64,000 nucleotides of DNA, taken from assembly GCA_963843845.1 (NCBI GenBank), contig CAWJMB010000002.1:1184001-1248000 (forward strand). Direction: 5' to 3'. A program made the translations under genes and the position numbers. This document shows, piece by piece, positions 38,076 to 47,990 of this stretch (within the stretch, counting starts at the first letter, position 1; each line of letters opens with the position of its first letter). The DNA comes from an uncultured Gemmatimonadaceae bacterium (GTDB lineage Bacteria; Gemmatimonadota; Gemmatimonadetes; Gemmatimonadales; Gemmatimonadaceae). Under the pieces are notes generated by a model that made no database searches, was not told where the DNA came from, and saw only the letters and a list, made by a program, of their open reading frames with translations.

Positions 38076-39135
38076 ATGTCCACACAGGTCGGCGCGGTCG
38101 CGCCGAATGCGCTGTCGTCCGGCACGTCCGGCGCGGCATCGATCGGCGCGGTGGCGACCGATGCCTCCGCGCTGACGTCGGCCGGCGGCGCGACGGCGCC
38201 TGGCGCCTCGTCCTCGCGCGCGATCGCGTTCCGCATGCCGTCGCCGTCCGTGCTCGTGATGGCGGCGCTCTTCGCGTGGCTCTACGCGCGGCCGATGTAC
38301 CTCCTCGGACGCGACTGGTGGAACAACCCGGAGGCTGGACACGGGCTGCTGCTCGCGCCGCTCGCGCTCTGGTTCGCGTGGAAGAGCGGCATCCACCCGG
38401 ACGCGCGGCCGAACCGGCTCGTGGGCTTCGCGCTGATCCTCGGCGGCGTGTTCTTTCGCTACGTGTCGGACCTCGCCGCCGAGCTGTTCACGATGCGCGG
38501 CTCGATGCTGATGGCGGCGGCCGGGCTCGTCGTCGTGGTACTTCGGCTTCCGGCAGCTGCTGCGCTGGTGGCTGCCGTTCACGCTGCTCGCGCTGTCGAT
38601 CCCGCTCCCCGAGCTGATCCTCAGCCGCATCGCGCTGCCGCTGCAGTTCATGGCGTCGAAGATCGGCGCGGCGCTGCTCGCGTGGCGCGAGATCCCGGTG
38701 CTGCTGACCGGGAACGTCATCCGCATCCCCGGCCACGAGCTGTTCGTCGCCGAGGCGTGCAGCGGGCTCCGCTCGCTCACCGCGCTGCTCAGCCTCGGCG
38801 TCCTGCTCGGCGCGATCACGCTCGCGTACCCGATCAGCCGCGCTCCTGCTGCTCGCGTCGGCCATCCCGGTGGCGATCGTGCTGAACGGCTTCCGCGTGT
38901 TCCTGACCGGCTTCCTCGTCTCGTTCGTCGATCCGAAGCTCGGCGAGGGCTTCATGCACCTCACCGAGGGGTGGCTGATCTTCCTCGTCGCGTTCGTGAT
39001 CCTCGGCGGCGTCGCCTGGGGGTGTCGGCGGTCGAGCGCTGGTGGCAGCATCGCAACGATCCGAAGCCGCCGGCCGACGACTCGGACGATTTCGACGACT
39101 CGGCGGAGTTCGAGGCGGGGATGGCTCATGCGTGA
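38076..39135 (+). CDS. Exosortase (EpsH/Xrt family), frameshifted
   Basis: W...PEAGHG, catalytic VAEACSGLRS (Cys), NGFRV (Arg), FMHLTEGW (His); ~8 TM. Confidence 0.9.
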
Positions 39136-39811
39136 CGCGTCTCGCTTCGTGCCGGCCGCGCTGCTCGGCGTCGGCTGCCTGCATGATCTCCGGCGTGCGC
39201 GAGCAGAAGCGGTGCCGCCGCTCGGTCGGCGATGAGCGGCGCTCGACGTCGCGGTGCCCGGCTACGCGACGCGCGACACGTCGATCGACGCCGACGAGCA
39301 GCGGATCGCCGGGATGAGCGACTACGTATCGCTCCGCGCTGTTCCAGCGCGACACGGCCGGCTCGGCGGGTTCAGCATCTACGTCGGGTACTACGAGCAT
39401 CAGGTGCAGGGGAAGACGATCCACTCGCCGAAGAACTGCCTGCCGGGCGCCGGCTGGGAGGCGCTCGAGCGCCACCGTGCAGCCCGTCGCCGTCGGCGGT
39501 CGCGACGCACCCGGTCAACCGCTACCTGCTCGCGAACAAGGGGCCCAGGCGCTGGTGTACTACTGGTACCAGGGCCGCGGCCGGATCGAGGCGAACGAGT
39601 ACAGGTGAAGTGGAACCTGCTGCACGACGCGGCGATGTACGGGCGGACCGAGGAGGCGCTCGTCCGCATCGTCGTCCCGATCGACCCGGACGCGCTCCAC
39701 ACCACCGGACCGGCGGCCACCTACGCCGCGGCCGACTCGCTCGCCACGCGCATCACGCGCCAGCTCATCCCCACCGTCGCGAACGCGATTCCGACGAGCC
39801 CGGCGGGCTGA
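39128..39811 (+). CDS. epsI: EpsI family exosortase-associated protein, frameshifted
   Basis: YVGYYEHQ...IHSPKNCLPGAGW, YYWYQGRGR, GRTEEALVRI. Confidence 0.85.
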
Positions 39812-39832
39812 TCGACCTCCGACCGTTTTCTC

Positions 39833-40895
39833 GTGCGATTGCTCCACGTAGTCGGCGCGCGGCCGAATTTCCCGAAGCTCGCGCCCGTTCACCGCGCTGC
39901 CCGCGCGCGTGGCCTCGACCAGATCGTCGTTCACACCGGACAGCACTACGACGAATCGCTCTCGTCCGGGTTCTTTCGCGATCTCGGCATTCCTGCCCCT
40001 GACATCAATCTGACGGTCGGCTCCGCGTCGCATGCCGTGCAGACGGCGCGCATCATGGAGCGCATCGAGCCCGTCATCGCCGAGCAGCGGCCCGACTGGG
40101 TCGTCGTGTACGGCGACGTCAACTCGACGATGGCCGCGGCGATCGTCGCGTCGAAGCTGGGCGTGCGGATCGCGCACGTCGAGGCGGGGTTGCGGAGCCA
40201 CGATCGCACCATGCCGGAGGAGATCAACCGGCTCGTCACCGATCGTCTCTCCGACCTGCTCCTGACCCCGTCGCGCGACGCCGACGAGGGGCTCCGCGGC
40301 GGAGGGTGAGCCGGACAGCGAGATCGTCTTCGTCGGCAACGTGATGGTCGACTCGCTGCTCCACGCGCTTCCGACCGCCCGCGCGACGGGTTTTCGCGCG
40401 AAGCTCGGATTCGACGACGGCGAACCCGTGGTCGTGACGCTGCACCGGCCGTCGAACGTGGACGACCCGGCACGCCTCGCCCGCATCGCGCTCGCGTTGC
40501 GCGAGATCGCGGCGGATGCCCCCGTCGTGTTCCCGGCCCACCCGCGAACGCGGCAGCGGCTCGCCGCGACCAACGTGGATCTCGGGAACGTCACGGTGCT
40601 CGATCCGGTGACGTACTTCGAGATGCTCGACCTGACGGCCGGCGCGCGCGCCGTCGTGACGGATTCCGGCGGCCTCCAGGAGGAGACGACCGTGCTCGGC
40701 GTGCCGTGCTTCACGGTACGGTACAACACCGAGCGGCCGGTCACGATCACGGACGGAACGAACATGTTGACGCCCGAGCCCGAGGACGTTCCGCCGCTCG
40801 TGCGGACCGCACGCCGCCCAGCCGACCCGCGACGCCCGGAAGGGTGGGACGGTTCCGCCGGTGAGCGCGTCGTGGACGCGCTCACGACGCGCTAG
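39833..40895 (+). CDS. wecB: Non-hydrolysing UDP-N-acetylglucosamine 2-epimerase family protein, one frameshift
   Basis: VGARPNFPK, HTGQHYD, GDVNST, HVEAGLRS, PEEINR, TDSGGLQEE. Confidence 0.9.
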
Positions 40896-40917
40896 CGACG
40901 GCGTGGGAGCGAGCGCC

Positions 40918-42369
40918 GTGTCGCAGCGCGGTCGAGGCGTTGCGCCCGAACCCTTCCACGTCAGCGCGGCCGAGCATCCGGCTCCGGCCCGCCGACTCCT
41001 ACTCGTCTCGGCGCACTTCCCGCCGTCGTCGGCGGTCGGCGCACTGCGATGGGAGAAGATGGCGCACGTCGCGGTCGAGCGCGGCTGGGGCGTCGACGTG
41101 TTGTGCGCGGACCCGGCGGATGCGGTGTCGCCAGACAGCAGCCGGCTCGCCGATCTGCCGCCGCATGTCCGTGTGTTCACGCTGCCGCGCTATCGACCCG
41201 CTGCGGGCGACGGGGCGGTCGAGCAACTCCTGCGAGCGGCCTGGGCGTGGCGGCGACAGGCGGCGCCGGGCGGCGCCGTGCAGACCGCAGCCGCGCCAGC
41301 ATCGTCGGCACCGCGCGCTGCCGGGAGCACGGAACAGGGCGTGCCGCGCGAACAGGCGCTCGCCCCGTGGCAGGGCGTGCTCGGACTTCGCCGCGCCTAC
41401 TTCTCGTCGCGGTGGCAGCGAAGCGTCGAGGACGCGGCGGCGAGCGCGGCAGCGCTCGGGCTGCGGGTGGCCGACGGCTCACACCGCCTCGTCGTCACGT
41501 CGGGACCTCCTCACTTCGCGCACCTCGCGGGCGCCAGTCTCTCCCGGTCGCTCGGCATTCCGTTCGTGATGGACATGCGCGACCCCTGGAGTCTGGGCGA
41601 GCGATTCGCCGTCGACCTCGGCAGCACCGTGTTCGCGCGCGACTCGATACGCAATGAACGACGCGCGGTCGCCGGTGCGTCGCTCGTGGTCTGCAACACC
41701 GAGCTTGCGTCGCAGGCGCTGCGCGGCGCGCACCCCGACGCTGCCTCGCGGGTGATCACGGTGATGAACGGCGCCGACGACGAGCCGCTCCCGGCACCGA
41801 CCGAGCGCGGCGCGTTCGTGCTGGCCTACGCGGGTGCGATCTACTTCGATCGCGACCCAGCCCCGCTGTTCCGCGCGATCCGCCGCGTCGTCGACGACCT
41901 CGGCCTCTCCCCATCCGAGCTCCGAGCGGAGTTCATGGGACCGATCGATCCGTCGCCCGACGCCCTGCACGCGCTGGCGCTCGAGCTCGGACTCACCGAC
42001 TACGTGCGCCATCATGCAGCGCGTCCGCGTCGCGAGGCATTGCAGTTCCTCGCCAACGCGACGATGCTCGTCTCGCTGCCACAGGACACCGAGACGGCGA
42101 TCCCGTCGAAGGTCTTCGAGTACTCGCGGTTCGACGCATGGTTGCTCGCCCTCGCACGCCCTGGCAGCGCGACCGCACTCGTCCTCGACGGAAGCGCCGC
42201 CGACGTCGTGGCCCCCGACGACGCGGAGCGGCTCGCGTCGGTCATTCGACGCCGCGTCGAGGAGCACAGAGCCGGGATGCGCCCGGTGGCCGTGGGCGGC
42301 GACGGGCGCTTCAGTCGCCGCCGGCAGGCGACGATACTCTTCGATCGGATAGAATCGCTGGTCGGCTGA
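40918..42369 (+). CDS. GT-B glycosyltransferase (GT4-like)
   Basis: HFPP...GALRW, TSGPPH, DMRDPW, IPSKVFEY. Confidence 0.75.
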   Translation: MSQRGRGVAPEPFHVSAAEHPAPARRLLLVSAHFPPSSAVGALRWEKMAHVAVERGWGVDVLCADPADAVSPDSSRLADLPPHVRVFTLPRYRPAAGDGAVEQLLRAAWAWRRQAAPGGAVQTAAAPASSAPRAAGSTEQGVPREQALAPWQGVLGLRRAYFSSRWQRSVEDAAASAAALGLRVADGSHRLVVTSGPPHFAHLAGASLSRSLGIPFVMDMRDPWSLGERFAVDLGSTVFARDSIRNERRAVAGASLVVCNTELASQALRGAHPDAASRVITVMNGADDEPLPAPTERGAFVLAYAGAIYFDRDPAPLFRAIRRVVDDLGLSPSELRAEFMGPIDPSPDALHALALELGLTDYVRHHAARPRREALQFLANATMLVSLPQDTETAIPSKVFEYSRFDAWLLALARPGSATALVLDGSAADVVAPDDAERLASVIRRRVEEHRAGMRPVAVGGDGRFSRRRQATILFDRIESLVG

Positions 42370-42425
42370 CGCCGACGGCGATCCACGCACGTGCGCATTC
42401 GTCTCGGCTGGAGCGGTTCCACCGA

Positions 42426-42533
42426 GATCGATTGACAAAGGCAAACCCGCCGAAAGGCGGGGACGCAAAGCTACGGGGCTACCGCGCGTGCGATCGATCG
42501 CATGCGCCACGCTCGCCGGGCCGCCAAACGATC
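42426..42533 (+). ncRNA. Cyclic di-GMP-I (GEMM-I) riboswitch
   Basis: GGCAAACC-CGCC-GAAA-GGCG-GGGACGCAAAGC...GGGCTA...GCCGGGCCGCC; P1 GATCG-A-TTG / CAA-A-CGATC; G at the G20-equivalent position (42440). Confidence 0.9.
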
Positions 42534-42550
42534 CACGGTCGGAGCTTCAG

Positions 42551-45500
42551 TTGCCGGACTTTCGTCGCCAGTCTCGCGGTGCGCATCGATTCGGGCGCGC
42601 GGCGCGCGCGCTTCGCACGGCGGCGCTCCCTCTCGCCGCTCTGCTATCGGCGTGCGAGAGCGAAGCGCCGCTCGCGGTGCGCGAGCGGGACGCGGGCCGC
42701 CCCGCGGTCGCCTCCGGGACGCCGCTCCGCATCGATGCGTCGGCCGCGTCGATCGCGGTCGGCACCGCCGGCACGCTGCACGCGCTGCGCCTCGACGCCA
42801 GCGGGTCACTCTCGACCGCGCACGCCGAATGGCGCAGTGCCACCCCGACGGTCGCCGCCGTCGCGAACGATGGATCGGTGTTCGGCCTCGCGCCCGGCGT
42901 GGCGGTGATCTGGGCGATCGTCGCCGGCGACAGTGTCGCGACGGCGGTAGACGTCGGCGCCACGGGTACGGGCGCCGCGCGCCGCGCGCTGGCGCCGAGC
43001 GGGGGGGCGTTCAGCACGAATGGTGTTGCACCAGTCAAATGGTTGGGGCTATCTTCGGCCGCAACTCGGATGACGGCGGGGCAGGCGTTTCAGTTCGTCG
43101 CTCGGCCGGTCGATCAGAACGGGCGGGACATCCTGCCGGCACCACGGTTCATCTGGCGATCGTCAGCTCCTGGCATCGCCTCGATCGACTCGGTGGGACG
43201 GGTCACGGCATTGACCCCGGGTCAGACATTTGTTTCCGTTCTGCTTGCTGCGGATACGACCGGTCCGCGCGCGATGTTGTCCGTGACCGTCGTTCCTGCC
43301 GCCGGCGGTACGACCGGTTCGCTCTTCGTAACTCCCTCCTCCGGTAGGCTGCGAGTCGGCGACTCGCTGCGAGTGACCGCGGCCGCCCTGACGCTTCAGG
43401 GCGCCTTCCTGCCCGGTCGGCCCGTCACATATACGTCGTCGGACACACGAGTGGTCACCACCGTCGGAACAGGGATTCTCAAGGCCGTCGGAGTCGGTTC
43501 GGCGATCGTGCTCGCGGCGTGCGACGGATACTCGCAGATCATTCCGGTCGCCGTGGAGAGTGACCCGATCGTCGTGTCCGCGCCGGCGCCGACGCAGGGA
43601 GAGGTCGGGGCCGACGACAGCGGCATCTCGATCGATGGGTCGTCGGTCGTGATGATCACGGGTGACAGCGTGCAGCTCGCGGCGACGGTCATCCGCGGCG
43701 CGGTGCGAAGCGCACTGCCGCCGACCGCTTCCTGGGTCTCGTCGGACCCGGCGGTTGCCGTCGTGCGAGGGACAGGGCTGGTCGTCGCGGTCGGAGCCGG
43801 GGCGGCCCGTGTCGCCGTGTCGTCGAACGGATCGGTCGCGGGGATCGACGTCACTGTGACGTCGCGTGCGGTGACGCCGCCCCCCGCAGTGCCTGCGACA
43901 CCCGAGACGCCGGCCGCGCCGGCCGCGCCGGCCACGCCGGCCACGCCCGCGCCGGCCACGCCCGCGCCGGCCACGCCCGCGCCGGCCACGCCCGCGCCGG
44001 CCGCGCCCACGCCCGCCACCCCTGCGCCGGCCACGCCCGCGCCCGCCACCCCTGCGCCTGCCACGCCCGCGCCGAGCGACTCAGCTGCGCCGCGACCCGA
44101 CACGACATCCGCGACCACGCCGAGCGGCGGAACGTCCGGCGCGGGCAGCAGCGGTGGCGCGAGCGGTGGGTCCGGCGGTGCCGCCGGCGGGAGTGGTGGG
44201 AGTGTGGGAAGCGGCGCCGGTGGCGCGAGCACCCCGCCGCCGTTGGTCGGTGGCATCCGCATTCCGTTGACCGTCCGGCGCTTCGATGGCGGGTCCGGAC
44301 GGGTGCTGGTCTCGAACGGCATTCCGCTTCTCGAGGGCGTCGTGCGAACGAGCGACCTCGCCCAGATCCACGTGCTCGTCAACGGCGTCGAGCAGCCGAT
44401 CGCCGTCCGCGCGCTCAGCGGGCGCTTCAGCAGCGGTTCGCTGCGCTCGATTCTCGTGCAGTTCACCTACGACGTCCCGAACGCGCGCGAGATCGGAGGC
44501 GTGCTCGTGATCGGCGCGGGGCAGCGGAATGTCGCCACGGTCGCCGAAGTCGCCGCGCCGTCGATACCAGCGGCGGCTGCGCTGCCGACGGACCCAGCGT
44601 ATCTAATCGCGTCGCGGTGGGGCGGCACACTGTACGCCTCGACGACCCGAGCGCCGAGCGCGCTCGCGGCGCAGTTCGATACCGACTACGTGCGTCTGGA
44701 GCTCGGCGACTGGGCGCGCTGCGGTGTGAAGTGGGACTGCGCGCGCACGGCTGGGTACGACCGCCCGTTCATTCTGTATCAGCAGTGGCTCCGGACCGGC
44801 GACCCCGCATACTGGTATCGCGCGACGGCGACGGCGGACGACTACATCACGCGGTACATCGTGGTGAACGGCGGTCCGACGCCGTGGTGGAGTAACTCGG
44901 AAGGGGTCGCGCTCCACTATTGGGCGACGGGACGCGAGGCGAGCCGCTACCAGCTGCGCAAGATGGCAGAGACGCTGGCGTGGATGGCGCGCCCCGGGAT
45001 GGGTTACGAGATGAATGGAACGCTCGGCGACGACCGCATGCGCGCGAAGATCCTGACGGCGGCGATCGACGCGGCGCGGCTCGACATCTCGACGCAGCCG
45101 AGCGATGCGACGCACTACTACACGCAGAACGACGGCGTGCCGTACTACGCGTCGTTCCTCACGCCGTCCACGCTCTCGCGCTGGGTCACGGACATCCTGT
45201 CGACGCAGCGCGCCAACGGGATGTTCGGAGGGGCCTACTACGGCGGCGGGCAGAGCAACTACATGGTCGGGATGCTGTTGAGCGCCCTCGTTCGGTATCA
45301 CGAGGAGGTGTCGCCGGATCAGCGGATTCTGGCCGCGGTGAAGAAGTCGCTCGACGACCTGTGGGCGAATGAGTGGGACGCGACCGAGCGCGGATTCCAG
45401 TACCACAGCCTGCGCGGAACGGACGAAGGAGGTCGGATCGCCGCCACAGCGTCGCCGCAGCCGGGGCTCAACGCGTTCATCTTCCTCCCCGCAGCGTGGT

Positions 45501-45664
45501 ACTACCACATGACCGGCGACACGCGCTACAGTGACATGGGCGACGAGATGCTCCGGGGCCTCGCCTCGCCAGGCTCGCGGGATTGGTGGAACGCGTCCGG
45601 GAAGGCGTTCGATCAGGCGTTCTACCGTATCTTCAACGCTCTCGCGTGGCGCGGCGGTAGCTGA
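42551..45664 (+). CDS. Large lipoprotein: Big_2 Ig-like repeats, Pro/Ala/Thr and Gly/Ser linkers, C-terminal putative polysaccharide lyase/glycoside hydrolase-like (alpha/alpha barrel) region
   Basis: GGAG RBS + TTG at 42551; lipobox LSAC; four W/YxSxxxxVA-type repeats; aromatic-rich helical C-terminus (YD...QWLRTGDPAY, YMVGML, MTGDTRY). Confidence 0.7.
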   Translation: MPDFRRQSRGAHRFGRAARALRTAALPLAALLSACESEAPLAVRERDAGRPAVASGTPLRIDASAASIAVGTAGTLHALRLDASGSLSTAHAEWRSATPTVAAVANDGSVFGLAPGVAVIWAIVAGDSVATAVDVGATGTGAARRALAPSGGAFSTNGVAPVKWLGLSSAATRMTAGQAFQFVARPVDQNGRDILPAPRFIWRSSAPGIASIDSVGRVTALTPGQTFVSVLLAADTTGPRAMLSVTVVPAAGGTTGSLFVTPSSGRLRVGDSLRVTAAALTLQGAFLPGRPVTYTSSDTRVVTTVGTGILKAVGVGSAIVLAACDGYSQIIPVAVESDPIVVSAPAPTQGEVGADDSGISIDGSSVVMITGDSVQLAATVIRGAVRSALPPTASWVSSDPAVAVVRGTGLVVAVGAGAARVAVSSNGSVAGIDVTVTSRAVTPPPAVPATPETPAAPAAPATPATPAPATPAPATPAPATPAPAAPTPATPAPATPAPATPAPATPAPSDSAAPRPDTTSATTPSGGTSGAGSSGGASGGSGGAAGGSGGSVGSGAGGASTPPPLVGGIRIPLTVRRFDGGSGRVLVSNGIPLLEGVVRTSDLAQIHVLVNGVEQPIAVRALSGRFSSGSLRSILVQFTYDVPNAREIGGVLVIGAGQRNVATVAEVAAPSIPAAAALPTDPAYLIASRWGGTLYASTTRAPSALAAQFDTDYVRLELGDWARCGVKWDCARTAGYDRPFILYQQWLRTGDPAYWYRATATADDYITRYIVVNGGPTPWWSNSEGVALHYWATGREASRYQLRKMAETLAWMARPGMGYEMNGTLGDDRMRAKILTAAIDAARLDISTQPSDATHYYTQNDGVPYYASFLTPSTLSRWVTDILSTQRANGMFGGAYYGGGQSNYMVGMLLSALVRYHEEVSPDQRILAAVKKSLDDLWANEWDATERGFQYHSLRGTDEGGRIAATASPQPGLNAFIFLPAAWYYHMTGDTRYSDMGDEMLRGLASPGSRDWWNASGKAFDQAFYRIFNALAWRGGS
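43938..44072 (+). repeat. 15-bp coding tandem repeat (PATPA)n, about nine units
   Basis: Unit CCGGCCACGCCCGCG with synonymous variants and one PAAPT variant. Confidence 0.9.
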
Positions 45665-45712
45665 CCGCCAGCGAATGCCCGCGTCGACTTCGTCGCGCTT
45701 TCCCCGCTCGTC

Positions 45713-46696
45713 GTGCCCCCCGCCGTCATCACCGTCGTCGTTCCGATTTACAACAAGCTCGCCCTGCTACGACCCGCTCTCGCCTCGATCGCCGAGGCGG
45801 CGAGGCAGCACGCGGGTGTCGAGATGGTGTTGGTCGACAACGGATCGACCGATCAGTCGTACGAGCACGCACAGACGTACGCGGACCGCGCGACGATTCT
45901 GCGCGTCGAGGGGACCGTGGCGGCCGTTCGCAATGCGGGCGCGCGGGTCGGAGCGGGAAAGTATCTCAGCTTTCTCGACTCCGACATGCTCGTGCCTCGT
46001 GACTTCTTCGTACGTCTCGAGGAGACGTTCGAGTCGGGCGTCGCGCCGGCGATCGGGTGCGAATCACACCTGCCGGACGACCCGCACTGGGTCGAGCGGG
46101 CCTGGCACGTCCTGACGGTTCCCGAAGACGACGGCTACCGGCACTATCTGAATTCGGGAAACTTCGCGATCACGCGGTCGCTGTTCGACCGGATCGGCGG
46201 CTTCCCCGAGGAGTACGTCACCGGGGAGGACACCGAGATCTGTCGGCGCATCGTCGCCGCCGGCGAGACGATCTACCAGTCGCAGCGTCTCGCGACGAAG
46301 CACCTCGGGAATCCGAAGACACTCGCCGGCTTCTTCCGACGGATGCGATGGCACGGGCTCAGTGCGAGCGACGGCACGCGCGTGCTGTGGGAACAGAAGG
46401 CGACGCGGATGACTGTCGCGAACGCGCTCCTCCTCACCGCGGCGGCCGGGCTCCTGGTACTGCGGCAGAGCCGCTCGACCGCGCTCCTCGCGCTCGCGCT
46501 CGCCCTGGTCGTGCCGGTCGCGACCTATGTGCTGCGTCTCTGGCGCGTTCGGAGGCTCGTCGATCCCATCGTCTCGCTCGTCCTGATCGAGCTGGTCTAC
46601 GCAGCGCGCTTCTCGGCGCTGGTCACGATCGTCTGGCGACTGCGTGGCCTTCGGCGACCACGACGCGTCGAGCGAGCGCGCACAACCCGAGCATGA
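45713..46696 (+). CDS. Glycosyltransferase family 2 with C-terminal TM helices
   Basis: VVVPIYN, VDNGSTD, RNAGA, FLDSD, GEDTE. Confidence 0.9.
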   Translation: MPPAVITVVVPIYNKLALLRPALASIAEAARQHAGVEMVLVDNGSTDQSYEHAQTYADRATILRVEGTVAAVRNAGARVGAGKYLSFLDSDMLVPRDFFVRLEETFESGVAPAIGCESHLPDDPHWVERAWHVLTVPEDDGYRHYLNSGNFAITRSLFDRIGGFPEEYVTGEDTEICRRIVAAGETIYQSQRLATKHLGNPKTLAGFFRRMRWHGLSASDGTRVLWEQKATRMTVANALLLTAAAGLLVLRQSRSTALLALALALVVPVATYVLRLWRVRRLVDPIVSLVLIELVYAARFSALVTIVWRLRGLRRPRRVERARTTRA

Positions 46697-47936
46697 AGAA
46701 CAGCGCGTTCGCGTAGGCGTGCGACAGGAAGATCGCCGACGTCATGAACGAGACGAGCGCGGCGAAGATCTCCGGCCGGTACAAGCGGTCGCGGCTCCTC
46801 GCGCGGCCCTGACGCCACGAGAGCAGCGCGTCGCGCACGACACCGACCATCAGCGCCGCGAACGGTATCATGCCGACGAGCCCGAGCTCGACGAGAACCT
46901 GGATGTAGGTGTTGTGTGCAGTCAGCCAGGAGCCGACCGTCCCGCGCGACCTGTAGAATTCGCCTTCGCGCACGCCGTAGCTCATCGGTCCGACGCCGAC
47001 GATCGGCCGCTCGAGGGCATAGCCCAGACCACGTTTCCACACGTTCACACGTCCCACGTCTGCATTGAACGTGTAGTCGTCCTCGATGTGCAGCAGCGAC
47101 ATCGCGCGCACACGAAACGACTCGGGCCCGAAGCGCCATGCGATGGGGACCGCGAGGGCGAGGGCGAGAACGAAGGGAATGAGGCGCCGAGCACGCAGCG
47201 CGACGAGCAGGACCGGTGTCGTCACGACGAGCGCGACGATTGCACCTCGTGATCCCGTACGGAGCACGACGGCGAGCGTCGCGACGATGCCGGCGAGCGC
47301 GACGATCCGCCACCAGCCGCGGACTCGCATCGTCATCCCGACCGCGAGCCACATGAACACGCACGATACGGCAGCGAGATCGTTCGGATCGTACATCCCC
47401 GTGGTGCCGAGCCGATCACCGCCTAGGACATCGAACTTGACGGCGCCGGTCACTGAAACGAGTACCGCCATCACCGTCGCACACAGCACGGTCCAGTTCA
47501 GCACCCGGTCGAGTGTCTGCCGCTCCGGAGGGCACAGTAGCATGGCCGCCATGAGAATCACTGCGAGTGGCAGTGACCGAAACAGACTTGCCGCCCCCCC
47601 TGGCCACAGGGAGAAGGGAATCGTCACTGCGATGGCCGCGCAGTAGGCCAACGTCCAGCGCATCGACGGGTCGCGCACCGCGGCGCGCCGCGCGGCCGGC
47701 TTGGACCGACTCCAGAGCATGAACACGGCCCACAGCCCACCGACGATCGACGGCCGCAGATACCCGAGGGGGGGCCAGAATTCAGCGAGCCGAACGACGA
47801 GCAGCGCGGTCAGCACGACGACGACGCTCCACGCCCCCGCCCACCAGGGCGAGGCGACGCGTGGCGCGCCGGCTCGCCGGAGGGCCGGGGCGCGAACAGC
47901 CGTGGTGCGCGGGTAGGGTAACGGGCGAGCCGTCAT
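46623..47936 (-). CDS. O-antigen ligase / Wzy polymerase family protein
   Basis: Multi-TM; DPNDLA, TGSRGA, R...W..G, AHNTYIQVLVELG. Confidence 0.85.
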   Translation of the reverse strand: MTARPLPYPRTTAVRAPALRRAGAPRVASPWWAGAWSVVVVLTALLVVRLAEFWPPLGYLRPSIVGGLWAVFMLWSRSKPAARRAAVRDPSMRWTLAYCAAIAVTIPFSLWPGGAASLFRSLPLAVILMAAMLLCPPERQTLDRVLNWTVLCATVMAVLVSVTGAVKFDVLGGDRLGTTGMYDPNDLAAVSCVFMWLAVGMTMRVRGWWRIVALAGIVATLAVVLRTGSRGAIVALVVTTPVLLVALRARRLIPFVLALALAVPIAWRFGPESFRVRAMSLLHIEDDYTFNADVGRVNVWKRGLGYALERPIVGVGPMSYGVREGEFYRSRGTVGSWLTAHNTYIQVLVELGLVGMIPFAALMVGVVRDALLSWRQGRARSRDRLYRPEIFAALVSFMTSAIFLSHAYANALFFMLGLCALARRVVVAEGHAVARRS

Positions 47937-47990
47937 CGTCGTCGAGGTAGCGATTGATGCGAGCCGAGCGGGGAACGAGCGTGCGGCATG

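Noticed and set aside
42426..42533. Riboswitch as the 3'3'-cGAMP-sensing GEMM-Ib variant
   Set aside because: The discriminator position equivalent to Vc2 G20 is G (42440), not A
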